A stretch of 64,000 nucleotides of DNA from Candidatus Endobugula sp. (GCA_020628895.1 JAHDEM010000001.1:28868-92867), one strand, 5' to 3'. Positions 23,552-34,095 are shown, counted from the stretch's first letter. Translations and numbers: made by a program. The notes: generated from the sequence alone by a model not told the origin.

Positions 23552-24868
23552 ATGCAAGTTTCTATTGAAACCACATCAGGCTTAGAACGTCGTTTAACTA
23601 TTGGTGTTCCTGCGGAACAGATAGATAGTCGAGCAGACCAGCGTTTAAAAGAAGCCGCTAAAACAATCCGTATTAATGGTTTCCGTAAAGGTAAGGCACC
23701 ATTAAAAGTGATTAAACAGCAGTATGGTGAGGGTGTTCGTCAGGAGATTCTTGGTGATTTAATTAATAGCTCTTTGCAAGATGCCTTTGAAAAAGAAAAG
23801 CTACAACCTGCAGGTCAACCACATATTGAAATCAACCAATTTGAAGCGGGTAAGGATCTAGAGTACGTAGCCACATTTGAAGTGTACCCAGAAGTAAGCG
23901 TAGGGGCATTTGATGGCTTTTCAGTAGAAAAATTATCTGCAGAAATTAATGACGACAACGTTGAAACCATGATCATGACATTGCGTGAGCAACAAGCAAC
24001 TTTCAACGTTGTTGAGCGTGATGCGGCCGACGGCGATAAAGTGAATATTAGCTACGTTGGCACTAAAGACGGCGAGGAATTTGAAGGCGGTAAAGCGGAC
24101 GATCAGGATTTAGTGTTAGGTTCAAATTCAATGATTCCTGGTTTTGAAGACGGGATCGTTGGTCTTGCAGCGGGTGCAGAGAAAACACTATCGTTAAGCT
24201 TCCCTGAAGATTATCATGCGGAAGACCTTAAGGGTGCTGCTGTTGAATTTGCAGTGACTGTTAATAGTGTCTCAGAGAAGGTATTGCCAGAAGTAGATAA
24301 AGATTTATTGGTTAAATTTGGTGCTACACACGGCGATTTAGATCAATTCCGTGCTGATATTGTGAAAAACATGGAGCGTGAATTAGCGACTTCTATAAAA
24401 AACAAAACCAAAACCGAAGTGATGGATCAGCTAGTCGAAGCCAATAAGGTTGAGCTACCTAAAGCGTTGATTGACTCAGAAATCAATGTCCTGCGCGAAC
24501 AAATGATGCAGCAGTTTGGCGGTATACAGCAAAACAAAGACCTAGATCTTAAAACATTACTACCAGATGATATGTTCAAAGAGCAGGCTGAGCGTCGTGT
24601 TACTTTAGGACTTTTATTGGGTGAAATTATCAAAGATAATGAGATTTCTGCTGATGCTGATGCCGTACGTAAAGCAGTGGAAGACCTATCGGTTAGTTAT
24701 GAAGATCCAGAAGAAGTGATCAACTATTACTATCAAAACCCTAAGCTATTGTCAGGTATCGAAGCCTCAGTACTAGAAGACAGAGTGGTTGAATTCATTC
24801 TAGAGCAAGCTACAGTCACTGAAAAAGTGGTTAGTTATGAAGAGGCTGTAAAGCCAAAAGCGCAGTAA
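23552..24868 (+). CDS. tig: Trigger factor
   Basis: GFRKGKAP signature, FKBP domain (MIPGFEDG, FPEDYHA). Confidence 0.98.
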   Translation: MQVSIETTSGLERRLTIGVPAEQIDSRADQRLKEAAKTIRINGFRKGKAPLKVIKQQYGEGVRQEILGDLINSSLQDAFEKEKLQPAGQPHIEINQFEAGKDLEYVATFEVYPEVSVGAFDGFSVEKLSAEINDDNVETMIMTLREQQATFNVVERDAADGDKVNISYVGTKDGEEFEGGKADDQDLVLGSNSMIPGFEDGIVGLAAGAEKTLSLSFPEDYHAEDLKGAAVEFAVTVNSVSEKVLPEVDKDLLVKFGATHGDLDQFRADIVKNMERELATSIKNKTKTEVMDQLVEANKVELPKALIDSEINVLREQMMQQFGGIQQNKDLDLKTLLPDDMFKEQAERRVTLGLLLGEIIKDNEISADADAVRKAVEDLSVSYEDPEEVINYYYQNPKLLSGIEASVLEDRVVEFILEQATVTEKVVSYEEAVKPKAQ

Positions 24869-25113
24869 TCCCCTAATTGGTTACTTTGTTGCCGATCACA
24901 GAGTAACCAAGCATTGTTTAAAAAACATCCCATACGATGATTAAATGTTCGAGTATGGGATATTTCCCTTCTTTTCTTCATCAGATACTGGCATCTCTTG
25001 TAATCAGGGGTTAAGCTAAATACAAAAGTCATACAAATTCTATTGGTTGAAAACTGTTTTTTCCGATAGACGTATACATCCTATATAAATTGTGGAACGG
25101 GAATCGCGTCAAT

Positions 25114-25761
25114 ATGCCAAACTTTCAAGCGCATGATTTAATGCAAGCTAACTTATCACCTGAAATATCTAATAGTGGCTTAGTGCCTATGGTTGTTGAG
25201 CAAACAGCCAGAGGTGAACGGTCGTTTGATATTTATTCACGCCTCTTAAAAGAGCGTGTTATTTTTCTTGTTGGTCAAGTGGAAGACCATATGGCTAATT
25301 TGGTCGTTGCGCAACTGCTGTTTTTGGAGGCAGAAAACCCAGATAAGGATATTCACTTATACATTAACTCACCCGGTGGTTCCGTTACTGCAGGTTTGTC
25401 TATTTACGATACTATGCAGTTTATTAAGCCAGATGTGAGCACTATGTGCATCGGGCAGGCTTGTAGTATGGGATCATTTTTATTGAATGCCGGTGCGGCG
25501 GGAAAACGTTATTGTTTGCCTAATGCGCGTACGATGATTCACCAGCCTAGCGGTGGTGCTCAGGGGCAAGCGACGGATATTTCTATTCACGCAGAAGAAA
25601 TTCTTAAAATTCGTCAACGCCTTAACGAAATTATGGCTGAACATTCTGGTCGTAGTGTTGATGAAATTGCCCGTGATACGGAACGAGATCGCTTTATGAG
25701 TGCCGAAGAGTCTAAAGAGTATGGTCTTATTGACGATGTTTTAACATCTCGATTAGGTTAA
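25114..25761 (+). CDS. clpP: ATP-dependent Clp protease proteolytic subunit (start uncertain, 25090-25141)
   Basis: [32 protein letters not shown]. Confidence 0.98.
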   Translation: MPNFQAHDLMQANLSPEISNSGLVPMVVEQTARGERSFDIYSRLLKERVIFLVGQVEDHMANLVVAQLLFLEAENPDKDIHLYINSPGGSVTAGLSIYDTMQFIKPDVSTMCIGQACSMGSFLLNAGAAGKRYCLPNARTMIHQPSGGAQGQATDISIHAEEILKIRQRLNEIMAEHSGRSVDEIARDTERDRFMSAEESKEYGLIDDVLTSRLG

Positions 25762-25946
25762 TAAGATGGTCTTTTAGTACATATAGCCTTTTAATTCGGG
25801 TATTTAGCCCATATTTATACCCTAAATAGCCAAATTTAGCGTATAAATGCATAGACTATTAATGATTGTGCGGCAAAAGCCGCTATCTATTGTATAGAGC
25901 GAATGCAAAACAAGTTTAAGTCAGTGATAACGAGTAAGGTAATAAG

Positions 25947-27248
25947 ATGACCGATAATGGTAAAGATGGTAACGACGATAGCGGCAAGCTACTTTATTGC
26001 TCATTCTGTGGTAAAAGCCAGCATGAAGTCCGCAAACTTATAGCAGGGCCTTCGGTTTTTATCTGCGATGAGTGTGTCGATCTGTGTAATGACATTATTC
26101 GAGAAGAGATTCAGGAGAATACTGTTACTGAGGGTGGTTCGGAAAAGTTACCGACGCCTAAAGAAATAACTGAAATTCTAGATCAGTATGTTATAGGGCA
26201 ATTTCGAGCAAAGCGTGTATTGTCTGTTGCGGTTTATAACCATTATAAGCGTCTACGTTTTGGCGAATCTTCAAATAGCAAAGAGAAAGATCAAGTAGAA
26301 CTAGGCAAAAGTAATATCTTAATGGTTGGTCCGACCGGTAGCGGTAAAACCTTATTAGCTGAAACCTTGGCACGTTTATTAAATGTGCCTTTTACTATTG
26401 CCGATGCAACTACACTAACAGAAGCTGGTTATGTGGGTGAGGATGTAGAAAATATCATTCAGAAATTGCTACAAAAATGCGATTACGATGTTGAAAAAGC
26501 GCAGCAGGGTATCGTTTATATCGATGAAATCGACAAAATTTCACGCAAGAGTGATAACCCATCTATTACCCGTGATGTTTCTGGTGAGGGTGTTCAACAG
26601 GCATTGCTTAAACTGATCGAAGGTACTGTGGCTTCTGTCCCTCCTCAAGGTGGGCGCAAGCACCCCCAGCAAGAGTTCTTGCAGGTTGATACATCTAATA
26701 TTCTCTTTATTTGTGGTGGAGCCTTTGCAGGTTTAGACAAGGTGATTAGAGATCGCTCAGAAAAAGGCGGTATTGGCTTTAACGCTGTTGTTAAGAATAA
26801 AGAAGAAGACAAAGGTGTAGGTGAGGCGCTTAAAGAACTTGAATCTGAGGATTTAGTGAGTTACGGGCTTATTCCCGAATTTGTTGGTCGATTACCCATG
26901 ATTGCCACATTGGAAGAGTTGGATGAGGCTGCTCTGGTTAAAATTTTAACTGAGCCTAAAAACTCACTGACCAAGCAATATACCAAGTTGTTTGATATGG
27001 AAGGGGTAGAAATTGACTTTCGCGATGATGCTTTAAGTGCTGTAGCGAAAAAAGCGATGATTAGAAAAACCGGAGCTCGAGGGCTGCGCTCAATTATGGA
27101 AGCCGTTTTACTCGATACCATGTATCGTATCCCTTCGGAGGATGATGTTGTCAAAGTCGTGGTCGATGAAGGAGTGATCGACGGGGATTCAGATCCCTTA
27201 TTGGTATACGACAACAGCGATAAAGCAGCTGCGCTGACCGACGAATAA
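25947..27248 (+). CDS. clpX: Clp protease ATP-binding subunit ClpX
   Basis: CSFC...CDEC zinc finger, [18 protein letters not shown] loop. Confidence 0.99.
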   Translation: MTDNGKDGNDDSGKLLYCSFCGKSQHEVRKLIAGPSVFICDECVDLCNDIIREEIQENTVTEGGSEKLPTPKEITEILDQYVIGQFRAKRVLSVAVYNHYKRLRFGESSNSKEKDQVELGKSNILMVGPTGSGKTLLAETLARLLNVPFTIADATTLTEAGYVGEDVENIIQKLLQKCDYDVEKAQQGIVYIDEIDKISRKSDNPSITRDVSGEGVQQALLKLIEGTVASVPPQGGRKHPQQEFLQVDTSNILFICGGAFAGLDKVIRDRSEKGGIGFNAVVKNKEEDKGVGEALKELESEDLVSYGLIPEFVGRLPMIATLEELDEAALVKILTEPKNSLTKQYTKLFDMEGVEIDFRDDALSAVAKKAMIRKTGARGLRSIMEAVLLDTMYRIPSEDDVVKVVVDEGVIDGDSDPLLVYDNSDKAAALTDE

Positions 27249-27263
27249 ACACCATGCTTAATT

Positions 27264-27292
27264 AACGGCCCTCTAATAAAGAGGGCCGTTTT
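27264..27292 (+). terminator. Hairpin terminator after clpX
   Basis: AACGGCCCTCT/AGAGGGCCGTT with short T tract. Confidence 0.75.
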
Positions 27293-27330
27293 GCATTATG
27301 GGGTAATTAATAACTTTTATATCAACGCAC

Positions 27331-27359
27331 CTTGTAATTTCTGTGTGCCGTCACCACTA
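27331..27359 (+). promoter_or_regulatory. Candidate sigma32 promoter of lon
   Basis: CTTGTA-15-CACCACTA resembles CTTGAA-N13-17-CCCCATNT; lon is a classical RpoH target. Confidence 0.45.
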
Positions 27360-27444
27360 TTATTGTTAATTATTAATCCATGATATTTAATTGCTGTCAT
27401 TATTCGCCTTGATGCGAATAGCAAACTATTAAGGGGCTTATATA

Positions 27445-29856
27445 GTGTCATCTACTGATCAGGCTGTTGAATCTGAATTTCCTCTCTTACCTCTACGCGA
27501 TGTTGTTGTTTACCCTCACATGGTTCTGCCCTTGTTTGTTGGTCGTGCATCATCGATAAAGGCTTTAGAAGAAGCAATGAAAACCAATAAGCAAGTTTTA
27601 CTGATTGCTCAACGTAATGCTAATGATGACAATCCAGATGAAAAAGGCTTGTATAGCATTGGCACCGTTGCATCTATATTGCAGTTATTAAAATTGCCTG
27701 ACGGCACGGTTAAAGTGCTTGTGGAAGGTGGATACCGAGCCGAAATTAACGCCTTGGTTAACGAGGAAGGTTTTGTTAAAGCTCGGGTTAAGACAGTTGA
27801 ACCGACATTAATGTCGGATGATGATGCTAAGGTGCTTATGGGCACGGTCATGCATCAATTTGAGCAATATGTTGAGCTGAGCAAAAAAGTACCTGCCGAA
27901 GTGATGACGTCGCTATCGGGTATTGATGAGCCAGGCCGTTTAGCCGATACCATAGCGGCGCATATGTCTTTGCAATTATCGCAAAAACAAGAGGCCTTAG
28001 AAATTGCCGGTGAACAAGAGCGTCTTGAACATTTACTTTCTTTGATGGATGCGGAAATTGATGTTCATCAGGTGGAAAAGCGCATTCGTGGACGCGTCAA
28101 AAAACAAATGGAAAAAAGTCAGCGAGAGTATTACCTTAACGAGCAGATGAAAGCTATCCAAAAAGAGTTGGGTGACTTGGGTGAGGAAGTCAGCGAAGCT
28201 GAAGAGTTAGAGCGAAAAATCAATGAATCGGGTATGCACAAGGCGGCAGCAGAGAAGGCTTTATCCGAACTGAACAAGTTAAAAATGATGTCGCCAATGT
28301 CCGCAGAAGCGTCGGTATTGCGTGCCTATATTGATTGGATGGTCAATGTGCCGTGGAAAAAACGCAGTAAAGTGCGCAATGATTTGATACGGGCAGAGAA
28401 AATTTTAGAAGAAGACCATTACGGCCTAGATGATGTTAAAGAACGTATCTTAGAATATCTTGCTGTTCAGGCTCGTGTTAAGCGTGTTAAAGGGCCTGTA
28501 TTATGCCTTGTTGGTCCGCCGGGTGTGGGTAAAACCTCATTAGGGGAATCTATTGCTCGCGCCACTAATCGTAAGTTTATTCGTATGGCTTTAGGTGGTG
28601 TTCGTGACGAGGCAGAAATTCGTGGTCATCGAAGAACCTATATAGGATCAATGCCTGGTAAGTTAGTGCAAAAGATGTCAAAAGTAGGCGTTAAAAATCC
28701 ACTTTTCTTGCTAGATGAAATAGATAAAATGGGTATGGATCACCGTGGTGATCCCGCATCGGCCTTGCTAGAAGTGCTTGATCCTGAGCAAAATCATACA
28801 TTTAACGATCACTACCTAGAAGTCGATTACGACTTATCAGATGTGATGTTTGTTTGTACTTCTAATTCCATGAATATTCCTGGTCCTTTACTCGATCGTA
28901 TGGAAGTCATTCGTATCCCGGGGTATACCGAGGACGAAAAATTAAATATTGCGCAAAAATATTTAATTCCCAAGCAGATGAAACAAAACGGCCTAAAGGA
29001 TGGAGAATTATCGGTTGATGATAGTGCTATAAGAGATATCGTACGTTATTTTACTCGAGAGGCTGGTGTACGAGGGCTGGATCGGGAAATAGCAAAAATT
29101 TCTCGTAAAGCGGTCGCAGGTTTTGCCAAAGATAAGTCCTTAACTCAGATAGTCGTGAACTCTAGTAACCTTGAGGAGTTCCTAGGTGTTCGTAAATTCG
29201 ATTACGGAGTGGCAGAGCAAGAGAACCAAATCGGCCAGGTGACAGGATTAGCTTGGACTCAAGTTGGCGGAGAGCTACTCACCATAGAGGCTTCTGCAGT
29301 AAGGGGTAAAGGTCATTTAGTCAAAACAGGCTCGTTGGGCGATGTAATGCAAGAGTCTATACAGGCGGCGTTAACCGTCGTTCGCTCTCGGGCGCAAATA
29401 TTAGGTATCGCACCAGACTATCTCGAAAAGTTTGATATACATATACATGTACCAGAAGGGGCAACACCGAAAGATGGCCCAAGTGCTGGTATTGCCATGA
29501 GTACAGCGCTGGTATCGGTTCTGACTAACATCCCTGTTAAAGCAGAAGTAGCAATGACAGGAGAGATTACTTTGCGCGGTGAAGTATTGCGCATTGGTGG
29601 TTTGAAGGAAAAACTATTGGCGGCTCACAGAGGAGGAATTAAGACCGTACTTATTCCTCAAGGAAATGAGCGGGATTTAAAAGATATTCCGGATAATATT
29701 AAAGCAGATCTGAATATCATTCCTGTAAAATGGTTTGATCAGGTATTAGAGATCGCATTGCAGTCATTACCTATACCACTTTCAGATGATGAGTATAAGG
29801 CTTTAGAAGCAAAGGCTAAGGAATCGCCCGGTAGTACGCATGCAAGAAAACATTGA
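27445..29856 (+). CDS. lon: Lon protease
   Basis: PLLPLRD, GPPGVGKTS, GHRRTYIG, PKDGPSAG; GTG start. Confidence 0.99.
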   Translation: MSSTDQAVESEFPLLPLRDVVVYPHMVLPLFVGRASSIKALEEAMKTNKQVLLIAQRNANDDNPDEKGLYSIGTVASILQLLKLPDGTVKVLVEGGYRAEINALVNEEGFVKARVKTVEPTLMSDDDAKVLMGTVMHQFEQYVELSKKVPAEVMTSLSGIDEPGRLADTIAAHMSLQLSQKQEALEIAGEQERLEHLLSLMDAEIDVHQVEKRIRGRVKKQMEKSQREYYLNEQMKAIQKELGDLGEEVSEAEELERKINESGMHKAAAEKALSELNKLKMMSPMSAEASVLRAYIDWMVNVPWKKRSKVRNDLIRAEKILEEDHYGLDDVKERILEYLAVQARVKRVKGPVLCLVGPPGVGKTSLGESIARATNRKFIRMALGGVRDEAEIRGHRRTYIGSMPGKLVQKMSKVGVKNPLFLLDEIDKMGMDHRGDPASALLEVLDPEQNHTFNDHYLEVDYDLSDVMFVCTSNSMNIPGPLLDRMEVIRIPGYTEDEKLNIAQKYLIPKQMKQNGLKDGELSVDDSAIRDIVRYFTREAGVRGLDREIAKISRKAVAGFAKDKSLTQIVVNSSNLEEFLGVRKFDYGVAEQENQIGQVTGLAWTQVGGELLTIEASAVRGKGHLVKTGSLGDVMQESIQAALTVVRSRAQILGIAPDYLEKFDIHIHVPEGATPKDGPSAGIAMSTALVSVLTNIPVKAEVAMTGEITLRGEVLRIGGLKEKLLAAHRGGIKTVLIPQGNERDLKDIPDNIKADLNIIPVKWFDQVLEIALQSLPIPLSDDEYKALEAKAKESPGSTHARKH

Positions 29857-30180
29857 TTTTGATTGATAATTAAGCATTATCATTTTAATTCAAGTACTCA
29901 GCCAAGATTTGTGTGACCATATCGCCATATTTCTTGTATGTTACCTTGACCGCTATATAGTCTTTAGTATAAATTAGCTTGCTTTAAAGCGCTGGCTGAG
30001 CTAGCCCGAGCGGTGTTTAGTGTGCAGAGAGCACAGAGGTTAGAAACACACTAGGGCACTTTAGAAAGCCGAGAGTGGCGGTAAAGCGAATCATTTACCA
30101 ATAAATAATTCGGCATAAAATGATTTTATTAGCTAAGATGATAACAACAACAAAATATTTATTAATTTAAGGGGCATATT

Positions 30181-30456
30181 GTGAATAAATCAGAACTTAT
30201 CGATGCTATTGCTGCATCAGCAGATCTTCCAAAGGCGGCCGCTGGTCGTGCATTAGATGCAGTCATTGAGACTATCGAAAGTACGTTAAAGGATGGCGAT
30301 CAAGTATCTTTAGTAGGCTTTGGTACTTTTTCTGTAAAAGACCGAGCTGCACGTACAGGACGCAATCCTCAAACAGGTGCTCCTATAGAAATCGCTGCGG
30401 CTAAAATCCCAAGCTTTAAAGCGGGTAAATCTTTAAAGGATGCTGTGAACTCTTAA
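30181..30456 (+). CDS. hupB: DNA-binding protein HU
   Basis: [24 protein letters not shown]; position after lon. Confidence 0.96.
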   Translation: MNKSELIDAIAASADLPKAAAGRALDAVIETIESTLKDGDQVSLVGFGTFSVKDRAARTGRNPQTGAPIEIAAAKIPSFKAGKSLKDAVNS

Positions 30457-30484
30457 TCGCCAAGCTACTTTATCTCTTATTTAG

Positions 30485-30514
30485 AAGCGCATGTTGAAGA
30501 ACATGCGCTTTTTT
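30485..30514 (+). terminator. Intrinsic terminator after hupB
   Basis: AAGCGCATGTT-gaag-AACATGCGCTT plus T tract. Confidence 0.88.
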
Positions 30515-30750
30515 ATTGTCTGTATTTTAAGCACATTGCCTTATTTTTACTGCTTGCACCATAAGTAAGCCTTGCTTAGCGCTGATTACCTTGCAGTGCA
30601 ATAAAATGTACCATTTTTATAATTTGGTGAATTGGTTTTGCACCAAAAAGATCTCTTAGATATGCACTCTCCTAAATTTATAAAGATAAATCTATCAATA
30701 ATCCTACCTAGTTCTCATTTTTAACGTTCCAAAATACTAAAAATAATGAT

Positions 30751-30766
30751 TGGCATAAATCATGCT
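30751..30766 (+). promoter_or_regulatory. Sigma54 promoter of the sensor-kinase cassette
   Basis: TGGCATAAATCATGCT fits TGGCA-N7-TGC with exact GG-N10-GC spacing, 35 bp before ATG 30801. Confidence 0.72.
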
Positions 30767-30800
30767 GATGCAAGGCATAGTTAATTGTAACGGGGGTTAT

Positions 30801-32933
30801 ATGAAAACCTTTAACATAGGTAAATATAAAAATATTGTAATATCGATCGTACTATTCCTTATTTTGGATGCGTCGGTATTGGTCATGAACTTTTATATTT
30901 CATTCCAGATTGCAGAAGATGCGACCAGTATTAACTTGGCCGGTCGTCAGCGTATGTTATCTCAACGAATGACAAAGACATTGTTAGACCTAGATTATTC
31001 TTATAGCACGATTGAATCTAGAGAAAAAATATTAAAAGAACTCGGCGCAAGCCGAACGTTGTTTGACGAAACATTTACTGCATTTGATAACGGTGGAACT
31101 GCCACAGGTGCTGGAGGTAATAAGGTAAGCTTGAACAAAGCAGAAGATATTGATAGCCGAACAGCCATTGAAAGTGCTAAGCCTATATGGAGTGAGTATA
31201 GAAGCAAAATTGATGCTGTTTTATCGATAGAGCAAAATGGGAATACAAATCCAATTCAGGATGCTATTGTATTTGGTCAGGCGAACAATCTGTTATTGTT
31301 GAAATTGATGAATGATCTGACAGTGTCTCTTGAGCAAGTTGCAGCCTCTAAAGCGGAGCGCTTACGACTGATTCAAACGGCTGGTATTATGATGGCCTTA
31401 ATTAACTTCTTTATTATTCTTTTCCACTTTTTAAGACAATTAAGACAAGGTGATGAAGTCTTGGAGGAGGCGAGAAAAGAAACCAGTGAAATACTCTTAA
31501 CCGTTAATGAAGGTTTGTTTTTGATTCATGAGGACTTTACCATTGGCTCACAACGTTCAGAGAAGCTTTATGAAATTCTCAGTATTGATACTAGTGAAGA
31601 TGTAAACTTTGAACTGCTGCTAAAAGATATCGTATCTGACAAAGATCTTGAGGCTGCTCAAGGGTTCTTGCGATTACTATTTAATCCTAAAATTAAAGAA
31701 AAACTCATTGGTGATTTGAACCCACTAGAAAACCTTCAAGTTAATATCGATGACGGTGCTGGCAGCTATACTACCAAACATCTAAGTTTTGACTTTAAAC
31801 GAGTAATGAATGGTAAAACCATTGCCGATGTATTGGCAACGGTAAATGATATTACCGAAAAAGTACTGTTGGAAAAAGAACTTGAAAATGCTAAGAAAAG
31901 TAACGAGCAGCAGATCGAAATGTTAACGAGCATATTGCATGCGAATCCATCGTTACTAAAAGCCTTCTTAGAAAACTCCTATGCGTGTTTCTCGAGAATT
32001 AATAATTTATTAAAAGACCCTGCTAAAACTCAGTCTCAATTTAATGAAAAAATTAATGCTATTTATATTGAAGTCCATAACTTTAAGGGCGAATCAAGTG
32101 CTTTAGAATTAAATGAATTCGCTAAAATGGCACACGAATTTGAAAACAATCTATCGGAAATGAAAAATGTTCCTGATCTTTCTGGGCAAAATTTCTTATC
32201 TTTAACCGTGCGCTTGGATAAAATGATTAATTATGCTCAATCGATTACTGCACTAGTAGAGAAGCTTGCAAATTTTGGCCACTTTACGCAGAACCCTGCA
32301 AATGAAAGTGGTAAAGAAGAGTCGCAGTGGAAGCATTTGGATAAGCTAACACTCGACCTTTCAGAAAAGCACAAGAAAAATGTTATGTTAGTGACCAGTG
32401 GCTTGAATGATACTGCTATGCCTCAGTCATTGCGTGAAACTATCAACAGCATTTCTATTCAGTTTATTCGCAATTCGATAGTACATGGTATTGAATTACC
32501 TAGTGAGCGTGAGGCACTGCAGAAAAGCCCTCAAGGTAGGTTAGATTTACGTTTGTCGACAACACCTGAAGGGATTCTAGAAATGACTTTTAAAGATGAT
32601 GGCTCTGGTTTTGATTTTGAGAAGTTACGTCAGCAGGCAATAAAACTAAATAAATGGTCCGAGGAAGAAATTGACCATTGGGATAATAAACGTTTACTTT
32701 CCTTGATATTTACCCCTGGTTTTTCTACAGCAGATGAAGTGAGCGAAGATGCGGGGAGAGGCGTTGGAATGGATGTCGTCATGCAAAAAATAAAACAAAA
32801 CAAAGGGAAAATTAATATTTCTCACAAAGAAAGCCAATTTACTCGGTTTGTAGTTAGCTTTCCTTTAAACAATGCAACAGAGAAAAATATAACTGCGGAT
32901 CATTTCGGACATGGAGCTAATAAGGTTGCATGA
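30801..32933 (+). CDS. Membrane sensor kinase: NarX/PilJ-type periplasmic domain, PAS-like region, HPt and CheA-type HATPase, no CheW domain
   Basis: Two TM helices; DATSINLAGRQRMLSQR box; NDITEK; VHNFKG; FIRNSIVHGIE, DDGSG, IFTPGFST, GRGVGMDVV; start at 30801 supported by RBS and promoter position. Confidence 0.85.
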   Translation: MKTFNIGKYKNIVISIVLFLILDASVLVMNFYISFQIAEDATSINLAGRQRMLSQRMTKTLLDLDYSYSTIESREKILKELGASRTLFDETFTAFDNGGTATGAGGNKVSLNKAEDIDSRTAIESAKPIWSEYRSKIDAVLSIEQNGNTNPIQDAIVFGQANNLLLLKLMNDLTVSLEQVAASKAERLRLIQTAGIMMALINFFIILFHFLRQLRQGDEVLEEARKETSEILLTVNEGLFLIHEDFTIGSQRSEKLYEILSIDTSEDVNFELLLKDIVSDKDLEAAQGFLRLLFNPKIKEKLIGDLNPLENLQVNIDDGAGSYTTKHLSFDFKRVMNGKTIADVLATVNDITEKVLLEKELENAKKSNEQQIEMLTSILHANPSLLKAFLENSYACFSRINNLLKDPAKTQSQFNEKINAIYIEVHNFKGESSALELNEFAKMAHEFENNLSEMKNVPDLSGQNFLSLTVRLDKMINYAQSITALVEKLANFGHFTQNPANESGKEESQWKHLDKLTLDLSEKHKKNVMLVTSGLNDTAMPQSLRETINSISIQFIRNSIVHGIELPSEREALQKSPQGRLDLRLSTTPEGILEMTFKDDGSGFDFEKLRQQAIKLNKWSEEEIDHWDNKRLLSLIFTPGFSTADEVSEDAGRGVGMDVVMQKIKQNKGKINISHKESQFTRFVVSFPLNNATEKNITADHFGHGANKVA

Positions 32934-32988
32934 TCTAATGACGTTGGCAAAACTCTATAACAATATTTAATTAAGATAGGCCTACTTA

Positions 32989-33363
32989 ATGTTAAAGTTA
33001 ATGATTGTCGATGACTCTAATGTGATTCGGCGTAGAATTGAAAGATGTAACAATGGTTCAGATATGTTTAATGTTGTTGCATCTGCTCAGAACGGTAAAG
33101 AAGCAATAGAAGTCTTTAAAAAAGTTCAACCTGATGTCATTACCATGGATTTAACAATGCCGGAAATGGACGGTATTGAATGTATTGAAACCTTGATGGC
33201 ACTTAACCCAGATATTATTATTTTAGTTATTTCTGCACTTTCTGATAAAGCAACAGGAATTGAAGCCCTTGAAAAAGGAGCCCGAGGATTTGTATGTAAA
33301 CCATTTAGTGATGAAGTGTTGATGGCGTCACTTATAGAAGTCACGGAGCAGGATGATGACTGA
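32989..33363 (+). CDS. Single-domain response regulator (CheY-like)
   Basis: IVDDS, MDLTMPEMDG, ISA, KPF. Confidence 0.93.
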   Translation: MLKLMIVDDSNVIRRRIERCNNGSDMFNVVASAQNGKEAIEVFKKVQPDVITMDLTMPEMDGIECIETLMALNPDIIILVISALSDKATGIEALEKGARGFVCKPFSDEVLMASLIEVTEQDDD

Positions 33364-33802
33364 GAAAGTATTACAAGTATTTATTGATGGTGCCGTTAAA
33401 TATTTTCAGCATACCTCTGATAAGGAAGTAAAAGTAGGCACCCCCTATCTAGTGAACAACTCAGAACCGTCAGCATTTGATTTTACTGGTGTGATTGGTG
33501 TTACTGGGCCAATGAAAGGCTGTGTATATTTCACCGCGCCTCAGATATTGCTAAAGCATTTACTGCTGAGTATGGGAGAAGATGAAACCACAGAAGAAAA
33601 TATCATCGATGTTGTTGGTGAGGTTGCGAATACTATATCAGGTAATGCGCGCAGTGAATTTGGTAAAGAATTTATGATATCTGTACCTGTGGTATTAGAG
33701 GGGCCTCCTAGTAATATACACCTACCTAGACACCTGCGCTCATACGTTATTCCGGTATATTGGAAGTCTTATAGTGCTGCGATTGTGCTATGTTTTGAGT
33801 AA
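33353..33802 (+). CDS. cheX: CheX-family phosphatase
   Basis: TGVIGVTG...G, DVVGEVANTISGNA (E-x2-N motif), ISVPVVLEG. Confidence 0.88.
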   Translation: MMTEKVLQVFIDGAVKYFQHTSDKEVKVGTPYLVNNSEPSAFDFTGVIGVTGPMKGCVYFTAPQILLKHLLLSMGEDETTEENIIDVVGEVANTISGNARSEFGKEFMISVPVVLEGPPSNIHLPRHLRSYVIPVYWKSYSAAIVLCFE

Positions 33803-33850
33803 ATATTCATCAAATCGTCCTATTTTTGATAGCGAGTGATGGAAAACTAG

Positions 33851-33890
33851 ATAGCCAGTGAGATTTTACTATCCGCTGGCTATTTGCTTT
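33851..33890 (+). terminator. Candidate terminator after cheX
   Basis: ATAGCCAGTG/CGCTGGCTAT stem followed by TTGCTTT. Confidence 0.55.
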
Positions 33891-34095
33891 AAAGACCTTA
33901 TAAAATTCCGCTAAATAGAGGAAAGTGAATACTTCTACAGCGGACATAGATACTCCTGCGAATCGACTTTAATTTATTCTATATTTTGTGACCTTTTATC
34001 TGGTATTTGCTCTGTAGATGCTATTTGCTATGGTAGAATGCCTGCCGCCTAAGGGCATTTTATTCACTTTTATCATTTGTTACACAGGGGTCACC

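Noticed and set aside
30762-30800. Upstream ATG for the sensor kinase given by the ORF track
   Set aside because: Overlaps the -12 box of the sigma54 promoter; ATG 30801 has the RBS
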